Assembly: GCA_963832165.1 (NCBI GenBank)
Contig: CAWHTE010000005.1
Coordinates: 96,001-160,000 of the forward strand
DNA length: 64,000 bases
Origin: an uncultured delta proteobacterium
Lineage (GTDB): Bacteria > Myxococcota_A > UBA9160 > SMWR01
Direction of reading: 5' to 3'
In this document: positions 56,391-64,000 of the stretch, in pieces
Numbering within the stretch: the first letter of the stretch is position 1
How the letters are laid out: each line of letters begins with the position of its first letter
Position numbers and translations under genes: made by a program
Notes under the pieces: model-generated
The model's input: the letters and a program-made list of their open reading frames with translations, nothing else
What the model was told of the DNA's origin: nothing
Database searches by the model: none

Positions 56391-59300
56391 GGTCCGCGCG
56401 CACGCGCTCGAGGCGCGGGCGCCAGTCGTCCGTGCCCGATGTGGGCGCGGCACCCGCTCCGTCCGCAGCCAGCCGGTCGGCGATCTCGAGCGCGCGCTTC
56501 ATCAGATCGCTGCCGCGCTCGGTCGGCGGGGCGAGCTCGGCGATTCGCGCGAGCGTCGGCCAGGCCGATTCGGGCAGACCGGCCGCAACCGCAGCGCGCG
56601 CGTGCAACAGCGCGTCCTCTCCGTGCCAGAAATTTCGCAACACCGCGTCCTCGATCGCGACGGCCTCCGCCGCGTGGCTGCGGTCTCCCGACTCCAGGCG
56701 CCAGCGCGCACGCAGCCGCGATGCTTCGCGGAACAGTGGGTCGCCGCGCCCGATCTGCGCGATCTCGGCGTCGAGCTCGGCGACGCGCGACCAGTCGCGC
56801 TCGTCGGCGCGCCGCCAACCCGCGATCAACGCGGCGGCGGGCGCGTCGAGCGCGCTCTCCGAGAGCTCGGGTATCGGTCCGCGCGCAAGATCGGTGCGCC
56901 GGCTGAGCACGAGGCCGCGCAGCGCGTCGCGATCGCCCGGTTCGATCGCGAGCGCGCGCGCAAAGTGCCGCGCCCCGCTGCGCGCGCGGTTGTTCGTGAC
57001 CTCCACCCAGCCCTGACCGCGCTCGGCGGCTGCCCCGCCGTCGCCCCGCGCGAGCTCGAGGGCGCGGTCTGCACCGCCTCGCAGTACGAGGGCGCGCAGC
57101 ACGGCGCCGCGGTCGAGGTCGCCCCGCGCGTCGCGGAGCGGATCGTGCGGAGCGACCAGCGCGCGGAGAGAGCTCTCTCCGAGCGCGCGGTCTCCGAGCC
57201 GCCACGCGCGCGATGCGAGCTCGTTCTCGTCGTCGCTGTTCGGCGGCGTGCCGCGCGCGAGCTCGCGCGCGCCGTCCTCGTCGAGCAACCACGCGCTCGC
57301 GAAGTCCTCGACGCGGAACAGGCCGTCACGCGCGTAGTCGTCGGGTGTCGCCGCCAGCGCGCGGGCGGCGCCCGCGAGCCCTGCGATCGGCGCGGGTGAT
57401 GCCGCGAACAGCACACCCCGCTCGCCGGGCCAGTACACCTCCACGTGGCCGAATACTTCGACGAGCGCCGAGAGCAGTGATTGCAACAGCGCCTCGTCGA
57501 TGAACGGCATTCCGATCCACTGCACGAACACGCCATCGGGCTCCAGCCGCGAGCGCACCAGGGAGAAGAACTCACGCGTATAGAGATGGGACGCGCCCGC
57601 GGTCCATGGATGCGAGGGTTGGGACACGATTGCGCCATAGCGCTTCGCGGTGAGTGCAAGCGACCCGCGCGCGTCCCCGAAGTGCACGCGCACGCGTGGG
57701 TCTGCGAGCGGGTCGCGCGCGCGAGCGCCCGACAGCACGCGATTGGCCGCGAGCACCTCGGGCTCGAGCTCGATTGCGTCGACCCGCTCCACGCTCGAGG
57801 GCACCGACTCGAGCGCGGTCGCACCGCCCAGGCCCACCACCAGCACTTCCCTCGTCTCGGGGCGCACGAGCGTGGGCAAGAGTCCCAGCCAGCGCGCGAC
57901 GATGCCCGGCAGCGGCACGACACCGGCGCGATCGATTACCGCCTCGGGCAGTCCGTTCGTGGCGAGGCGGAACAGCGCTCCCTGGTCGGTCAGCATCACC
58001 GTGCTCGAGCGCCCGACCGCCGTGTACAGGATCTCGCCCGCGAGCGGTGCGCTGCGCAGCGAGGACTGCCGCAACAGCGCCTCGGGCCGCGTCGGCGGCA
58101 AGAGCGGCAACACGCCCAGCGCCGCAATCGCAACCGCAGCGAGAGCCGCGCGGCGCGGTGCGGCAAACCACGCGCTGGCCACGGCGAGCAGCAGGCTCAC
58201 AGCGACGCCGAGCGCGAGCGTCCCCTCGAAACCCAGCTGCGGCAGCAGCACGAACCCCGCTCCGAGCGCGCCCGCGATCGCTCCGATCGTGTTCCACGCG
58301 TAGACCCGAGCCGTCGCGCGCGTCGTCTGTTCGGGCGCGAGCGTGAGCCAGCGCACGGCGAGCGGAAACGTCGCGCCGATGCAGAGCGTGATCGGCAGCA
58401 GCGCTGCCACTGCGATCGCCGCGCTCGCGAGCGGCGCCGCAGGACCGGCGGAGAGCCAGCGCTCGAGCGCGGGCACCCGGTCGGCGAGAGCGAACGCGCC
58501 GTACGAAGTGAGCGCGATCCCGAGCTGCGCGAGCGCGAAGCCGGTGCGCGCGCGCTCACGCGTGCGCGCGAACCGCGCGGCGGCGGTGCTGCCGAGCGCG
58601 ATGCCGAGCAGAAAGCTCGCAAGCATGGTCGCGAACGCCGCCAGGCTCGCGCCGAGCACGTGACCCAGCAGACGGGTCCAGAGCACTTCGTACGCGAACG
58701 AGACCGCACCTGACACCGCCATCGCGGGCAGGATCCACGCCGCACGGGCGGCCGCGCGACCGGATCGATCGGAAGCTTCAGACTCGGACCCGGACTCGAC
58801 CGCGAGCGCGGGTGCGGCGCCGCGCGCGGCGACTGCTGCGAGCGCGAACACCGCGCCGTTCAGGCCGGCGCCGACCCAGACCGCGCGCCGCAGACCGAGC
58901 TCGGGAATCAGCCAGAACGCGGCGCAGAGCGTGCCCGCGATTGCGCCGGCCGTGTTCATGGCGTACAGGCCGCCCACGCGCGCCGCGATCTCGCGATCGC
59001 TGTGCACCGCATAGCGCGCGAGCAGCGGCAGTGTGGCGCCCATGAGCGCGGTCGGCAGCAGGAGCACCGCGAACGAACCTGCGAGCTGGAGCAGCGCGTT
59101 CGCGGCGGAGCCGTGCTGCAGCTCCGCCGCGCCGCCGAGCAACCCCACGTACAGCGCACCCAGCGCGCGAATGCCCAGGGGCACCGCGAGCGCCGAGACC
59201 GCGATCGCGAGCTCGAGCCATCCATAGAGCCAGACCGGTCGGCGCACGCGCGGGGCGATCCGCGCAGCGACCGCTGCGCCGAGCGAGAGACCCCCCATGT

Positions 59301-59442
59301 AGGCGGCGAGAACGGCCGCAACGGCCAGCTCGGAGGTCCCGAACACGAAGCTGAGCTCGCGCGTCCAGACCGTCTGATAGAGCAGCGCCGCGAAGCCCGA
59401 CAGCGCGAAGCAGGCGAGCAGCAGCGCGAAGCGCAGATCCAT
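56356..59442 (-). CDS. Fused MFS-like membrane domain / spermidine-synthase-like SAM enzyme, copy 2
   Basis: SGFAALLYQTVW, MGATLPLL, LYAMNTAGA, YEVLWTRLL; VVGLGGAT, AIELEPEV, GDARGSL, YGAIVSQPSHPW, LYTREFF; TPR-like tail. Confidence 0.88.
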   Translation of the reverse strand: MDLRFALLLACFALSGFAALLYQTVWTRELSFVFGTSELAVAAVLAAYMGGLSLGAAVAARIAPRVRRPVWLYGWLELAIAVSALAVPLGIRALGALYVGLLGGAAELQHGSAANALLQLAGSFAVLLLPTALMGATLPLLARYAVHSDREIAARVGGLYAMNTAGAIAGTLCAAFWLIPELGLRRAVWVGAGLNGAVFALAAVAARGAAPALAVESGSESEASDRSGRAAARAAWILPAMAVSGAVSFAYEVLWTRLLGHVLGASLAAFATMLASFLLGIALGSTAAARFARTRERARTGFALAQLGIALTSYGAFALADRVPALERWLSAGPAAPLASAAIAVAALLPITLCIGATFPLAVRWLTLAPEQTTRATARVYAWNTIGAIAGALGAGFVLLPQLGFEGTLALGVAVSLLLAVASAWFAAPRRAALAAVAIAALGVLPLLPPTRPEALLRQSSLRSAPLAGEILYTAVGRSSTVMLTDQGALFRLATNGLPEAVIDRAGVVPLPGIVARWLGLLPTLVRPETREVLVVGLGGATALESVPSSVERVDAIELEPEVLAANRVLSGARARDPLADPRVRVHFGDARGSLALTAKRYGAIVSQPSHPWTAGASHLYTREFFSLVRSRLEPDGVFVQWIGMPFIDEALLQSLLSALVEVFGHVEVYWPGERGVLFAASPAPIAGLAGAARALAATPDDYARDGLFRVEDFASAWLLDEDGARELARGTPPNSDDENELASRAWRLGDRALGESSLRALVAPHDPLRDARGDLDRGAVLRALVLRGGADRALELARGDGGAAAERGQGWVEVTNNRARSGARHFARALAIEPGDRDALRGLVLSRRTDLARGPIPELSESALDAPAAALIAGWRRADERDWSRVAELDAEIAQIGRGDPLFREASRLRARWRLESGDRSHAAEAVAIEDAVLRNFWHGEDALLHARAAVAAGLPESAWPTLARIAELAPPTERGSDLMKRALEIADRLAADGAGAAPTSGTDDWRPRLERVRADLRARSGRRERT

Positions 59443-59534
59443 GCGAATCAAGACTCCCGGCAGAGCGGTCGGCCGCCGACTCTAACCCAACAATCCCCCT
59501 TGCATCTCGTATCGCTGGGGTAATCTCGCAGCCC

Positions 59535-60784
59535 ATGAAAACGAGCTACTCCACAGCGGTTCACTCCACCACGGCTCTGTTGCTCGCGACGCTCGCGATC
59601 ACCGCGTGCAGCGACGCATCGGACCCGCCCTCCGCGAAATCCGGAGCTTCGGCGTCGTCGATCTCCTACGACGAGCTCATCGCGCTGATCGCCGATCCCG
59701 ACGAATTCTCGAAGGCGAGGAAGCTCGGCGAACTCCTGCCCAGCCTGGGCCCGGACGCGGTGCCGACGGTCAAGTCCGTGCTCGCCGAGGCGGCCCCCCT
59801 CGAGATGGGCGCCACCGAGTTCGAGCTCTTGCTGCGCTACTGGGCATCGCATGAGCCCAGGGAGGCTTCGCTGTACGCGCTTGCCGAATCCCCGCGCGGA
59901 TACCGCTGGGCCGCCGTCCACGCCTCGCTCACCACCTGGGCGCGCGGGAATCCCCAGGAGGCCCTCGAGGCCACGCGGATCTACACGTTCGAAGAGGGCG
60001 ACGTTGGCGCCGCGGCGATGGTCGCGCTCGTGCGTGGCTGGATCGAGTCGGGCAAGCCCGGGATCGAGGAATTCATCCACGACACCGGCATGGGCATCCA
60101 GCGCCAGCGCGCGATCTACGCCTACTCGATCGCGAAGATCCGCAAGGATGGGACCGACGCGGCTCGTGAAGTGGGCCGAGGCGATCCCCGACGACGACCC
60201 GACCTACAAGCTCGAGGCGTTCCGCAACGTCGCGACCGCGCTGACTTCGGTCGACGTGAAGGCCGCGAGCCGGTTCTGCGACGCGCACTGCGAGGGGCCG
60301 CAGGGATCCAACCTGCGCAAGCGGATCGCCAACCGCTGGGTGGAGCAGGACGGGCCGGCCGCGCTCGCGTGGCTCTCGACCGCGCCCGATAACCGGGACA
60401 CTGAACTAGCGGTGCATGCCGCCTACCGCGTCTGGGGGAACCGCGATCGCGCCGCGGCGATGCGCTGGGCTGCGGAGAAGCTCGCCGGTCCGAATCCGCC
60501 CGAGGCATGGCTCGAACCCCTGCTTCCGGTCTACGTGCAGCTGCTCGGGAAGGACTCGCCCGTCGAGGCGCTCGCAGTGGGTGCCACGGATCGAGGAGCC
60601 CGGGAACCGCAACGCGCTCACGATCGAGATCGTGCGCAACTGGCGCCACCGCGACGAGGCCGCCGCGGAGGCGTGGCTCAGCAAAGCCTCGCTCGACGCC
60701 GAGACGCTCGAGATCATCCGCCGCCCCGAGAACAACGTCGAGCGGCGTCTGCGCCAGCTCGAGAAGCTCGACAATCCGAGCTGA
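59535..60784 (+). CDS. Alpha-helical repeat lipoprotein, paralog 3; frameshifts near 60161 and 60574
   Basis: Lipobox AITAC; LVRGWIESGKPGIEE, RQRAI (frame 1); YKLEAFR, WVEQDGPAALAWL (frame 2); WRHRDEAAAEAWL (frame 3). Collinear with paralogs 1 and 2. Confidence 0.8.
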
Positions 60785-60812
60785 GCGCGTCCGCGCAGCG
60801 AGACGGATGAAT

Positions 60813-60845
60813 CCCGGGGCGGGCCGACGTGCGGCCCGCCCCGGG
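60813..60845. terminator. Perfect 14-bp GC hairpin between convergent genes (probable bidirectional terminator)
   Basis: CCCGGGGCGGGCCG-ACGTG-CGGCCCGCCCCGGG between stops at 60784 and 60868; no U-tract. Confidence 0.6.
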
Positions 60846-60867
60846 CGTCAGATCCAGAGAGACAGAC

Positions 60868-62027
60868 CTAGCGCGAGCGCCGTCGCACGATCGCGTGGCA
60901 GATCGCCAGCATCGCGAGCGCACCGCCAGCGCCGAGCACCGCGCCCGGCTCGGGCGCGATGTTGTACTGCACCCAGCTCCGGTTCGAGTTGCCCTTCGAG
61001 AGCGTCCGGTTGCTCAGCGCTCCGGAGACGAGCGAGAGCGTGCCGACTCCGCCCACGCGCCCGTCTTTACCCGTGATCGTGAACAGCTCCGGCGTGGCCG
61101 CCGCGGCCGCATCCGACAGCGTGATCATGCCGGTCGTCCACGGGAAGCCCCAGCTCGTGGCCATGTTCGTGAAAATGCCGCTCGTTCCACCGACCGCTTG
61201 CTTCGACTGCCTGATGAGACCCATCGCGGTCGGCGCGCTGACATTCACCTTGCCCGGACTCATCGCCTTCACCGGGAAGGTCTTGTTCGTGTACGGCGTC
61301 ATCGGGCCCAACAATCGCGGCACCCGCGGCTGCCTTCGAGTTCGGGAACGCGAACACGATGTCTGCTACGCAGTTCGCTTGAGCGCCGCCGAAATCGGGG
61401 TGTACGCACGGCGCCATCCCGCCGAGCGCCAGCCACACCTTGATCGGCGTCACGTCGTCGACGCGTGTGGCAGAGCCGCCGCCGAACTGGTTGACGGTCT
61501 TCGTGTAGATGACGAACGACCCACCCACGGGGCCAGGCAGTACCAGAGGAGTCGCACCGCCGGCGCGGAAGCCCTTCTTGAACACCGCGTTGTCGGCCAC
61601 GCCTCCGACCGAAGTTACCGGGACCCGAGAACAGGATGTTCGTGCGCACCTGCATCACGTTCGGGTTGTTGAGCTGAACGCCCGCGAAGAGCGGCCCGGG
61701 GGCCAGCCGGAAGAACTGCCCCGGTTGGACCGTCATCTGCTTCGGATCAACGCCGTTCGTCTGCTTGACCCGCCCGAGCGGGATGGCGGGGATCAGCAGC
61801 GGCGGGAAGTTCATTCCCGTGCCGATCGCGCCACCCATGCTGAGCTTTCCGCCGTCGACGGGGTTCGTAGCGGCTTGCACCGGCAGCGGCAGACCACCTC
61901 CGATCTGCGCCTGAGCACCTCCGCTGATCGCGTATTCCGTCGTCTGCGCTTGCGCCGCACCCGCGAAAGCGATCGCGACTAACAGGCACGCAACGCGGAG
62001 CGACTTGCTATGGAACGACATAGTCAT
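60868..62027 (-). CDS. PEP-CTERM surface protein, cargo 4; frameshifts near 61620 and 61307
   Basis: AAGGAG RBS and signal peptide; QIGGGLPLPV, NPNVMQVRTNI, RAGGAT, YTKTVNQFGG, WGFPWTTGM, TGKDGRVGGVGTLSLVSG match cargos 1-3; ends IAPEPGAVLGAGGALAMLAICHAIVRRRSR. Confidence 0.83.
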
Positions 62028-62134
62028 CTCTCCTTGACGAGGAGCCCCGCAGGACCCCTCTGGGTTGGATCCAACCGAGCTCAGTCCAACATATTTTGCG
62101 GTGTGGAGTCAATAGATAGATGGGCTAAGCGCAT

Positions 62135-64000
62135 CTATTTCCCCTCGGGGACCGCGTCTTGGTCCTCACCCGACGATCCTTTCTCCCGCAGTGCCCGCGC
62201 GCGCTGGGCGATCTGTTCGGCCTGCTTCGCCTCGCCGCGCTTCTCGTAGACCTTCGCGAGCAGGTCGAGCGCATCCGCACCCCCGCCGAACCTCGCGGCG
62301 CGGCGTGCCCGATCCAGCGTGCGATCCGTCGCCAGACCGCGGTCCAGATCGATCGAGGCGCGCAGCGCGGCCGCCTCGCTCTCGAAGGGGTGGGCGCCCA
62401 GCAGCGCGTCGAGCCGTTCGGCGGCGGGATCGGGCTGGCCCGCCGCGATCAGCGCGCGCGAAGCCAGGATCCCGAGCTTCGGATCGCTGCCGTCGGCGGC
62501 GATTGCGCGGTCGAACAGCGCCAGGGCCCCTTTCGGATCGCTCGCGAGCGCGAGGCGTCCCATCCCCGCGAGCGCGCGCGCCTGGTTCGGATCGAGCTCG
62601 ACGGCTCGCGCATAGGCAGCGCGCGCGGCCTCGGCTTTGTCGCCGCGCAGCTCGAGATCGAGACCTCGGATCTCCTGGAATACGGCCGCGTTCGGGCGAG
62701 CGCGCAGCGCGGACGTGAGCTCGGCCGGCGTCTCGCGCCGACCGGCCTCGTGCGAGAAGCGCACGAGCGCGCGCAGCGCGTCGGCGTTGCGCGGATCCTC
62801 GAGATCGACCTCGCGCGCGTGGCGCCGGAGTACCTCGACAGCCGCCTTCGGCCCCCCCGAGCTCTCCGAGACACCGCTCGCCGCTTCGGCGAGCCCGCGC
62901 GCGGCCGCGTCCGGCTCCAGGGCCACGAAGCGCGACCAGGTTCCGTCGACCTCCTCGGGAGTGCCGAGGCGTCCCACGACCTGCAGCACGAGCAGGCGCC
63001 CCTGCGGCTCGAGCGGCTTGTTGTCGAGATCGCGCAACAGCTGCGCCGCGAAGCGCGCTTTACCCTCCGCGAGGAGCAGCATGGCGGCGCGCGTGCGCGC
63101 CTCGGTGGCGGCGGGATCGATCCGGATCGCGGTCCGGTACTCCTCCATCGCACGGTCGAAGTTCCCGAGGTCTTCGGCCGCGCGCGCCGCGTAGTAACGC
63201 GTCCACGGATTGTCGGGCCAGATCCGGAAGCCCGCGTCGTACTCCGCGAGAGCACGTGCGGGGTCCCCCTGCTTCTGCGCCACTCTCGCGAGGATCATGT
63301 GCTGATGCGCGGGCACAGTGATGCTCTCTGCGACCTGCTTGGCGCGATCGAGCTGGCCTGCGAGCACGAGCGCATCCGCGTACTCGAAGCGAAGCTCCGG
63401 AGCGACCGGTCCCGCCTTCTCGTTGGCTTCGAGCGCATGCTCCAGCGCCTCCGCCGCGCCGCCGAATTCCTGCACCGACATGCGGAACTTGCCGAGGTCG
63501 CGCCAGGCGCCCGCGGCGGTGGCCGGGTCCTCGACGCGCGTGGCCGCGCGCAACAGCTCGTCTCCCTCGGCGGTGCGTCCGGCCACGTGCAGACGAGCGG
63601 CCAGCGTGCTCCGGTACGCCTGCGCGCTCGGCTCGCTTTGGAGCGCGGCGCGCAACACCGCGGTCGACTGCTCGAACTCGCCGAGACCGTCGTGGAACTG
63701 GATCGCCTTCCACACCACCTCGGGTGAGCTGGGATGGTCCGCGAGGCAGTTCTTCCAGATCGAGCGCGCGCGCTCGATGTCGGCGCTTTCTTCGGTGAAG
63801 ATCGCCCGGGTCGCGCAGTACCACGCGCGCACGCTCTCGGGCGATTCCACCTCGTCGATCCGGCGCTCGAGCTCGGCCATCGACGTGCGCACTTCGTCGA
63901 TCCGGTCGAGCAGCAGCAGCGCGACGATTCGCGGCTCGTACGCGACCACCGAGTCGGGATCGAGCTCGAGCACGCGGTTCGCGTCGGCGAGCGCCTGCTC
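62135..64000 (-). CDS. TPR-repeat protein, copy 2 (5'-truncated by window edge)
   Basis: Collinear with 37507..39705 (W-x-CATRA-x-FTEE, PEL-x-FEYADAL, VPAH, FR-x-WPDN, ARRA-x-R-x-GGGADA). Confidence 0.85.
   Translation of the reverse strand, partial: EQALADANRVLELDPDSVVAYEPRIVALLLLDRIDEVRTSMAELERRIDEVESPESVRAWYCATRAIFTEESADIERARSIWKNCLADHPSSPEVVWKAIQFHDGLGEFEQSTAVLRAALQSEPSAQAYRSTLAARLHVAGRTAEGDELLRAATRVEDPATAAGAWRDLGKFRMSVQEFGGAAEALEHALEANEKAGPVAPELRFEYADALVLAGQLDRAKQVAESITVPAHQHMILARVAQKQGDPARALAEYDAGFRIWPDNPWTRYYAARAAEDLGNFDRAMEEYRTAIRIDPAATEARTRAAMLLLAEGKARFAAQLLRDLDNKPLEPQGRLLVLQVVGRLGTPEEVDGTWSRFVALEPDAAARGLAEAASGVSESSGGPKAAVEVLRRHAREVDLEDPRNADALRALVRFSHEAGRRETPAELTSALRARPNAAVFQEIRGLDLELRGDKAEAARAAYARAVELDPNQARALAGMGRLALASDPKGALALFDRAIAADGSDPKLGILASRALIAAGQPDPAAERLDALLGAHPFESEAAALRASIDLDRGLATDRTLDRARRAARFGGGADALDLLAKVYEKRGEAKQAEQIAQRARALREKGSSGEDQDAVPEGK

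Noticed and set aside
1..64000. Hundreds of long overlapping Arg/Ala/Gly-rich ORFs in the ORF track
   Set aside because: Shadow frames expected in ~70% GC DNA; they overlap motif-bearing genes and lack recognisable domains.
1..64000. CRISPR array, rRNA, transposase or prophage genes
   Set aside because: No regularly spaced repeats or recognisable motifs found by eye.

Overview
High-GC bacterial DNA (about 70% GC by eye; gene content suggests a Myxococcota/deltaproteobacterial-type organism, by inference) with about 44 plausible genes and one tRNA-Met(CAT). Two regions stand out. (1) Positions 2.5-14.2 kb hold a minus-strand operon. Its first gene is an unusual PilZ + LuxD-like thioesterase + SAM-methyltransferase fusion, followed by a membrane hybrid kinase and a REC-GAF-kinase. 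The layout recalls the Ralstonia phcB-phcS-phcR fatty-acid-methyl-ester quorum-sensing operon. The fusion gene, two atypical regulators and only the sensor half of the kinase lie on a lower-GC segment whose left edge falls inside the kinase gene, like a swappable pherotype cassette. (2) Positions 29-64 kb form an apparently duplicated exosortase/PEP-CTERM surface-protein locus. It has two exosortases, four Gly/Pro-rich, mostly cationic cargo proteins with a variant PEP-CTERM tail ending in Cys-His, three convergent W-x3-DP-x-AA-x2-W repeat partner proteins, two TPR proteins, two membrane-fused spermidine-synthase-like enzymes, a Thr-type sulfatase-fold enzyme, a GT-C-like protein, a TonB receptor and an octaheme cytochrome c. 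Between these regions lie a kinase-dCMP deaminase fusion, a DUF222-like HNH gene and lipid/aromatic catabolic genes. At least seven single-base frameshifts break otherwise intact genes and are probably sequencing or assembly errors. All family assignments come from motif recognition by eye; no database search was run.
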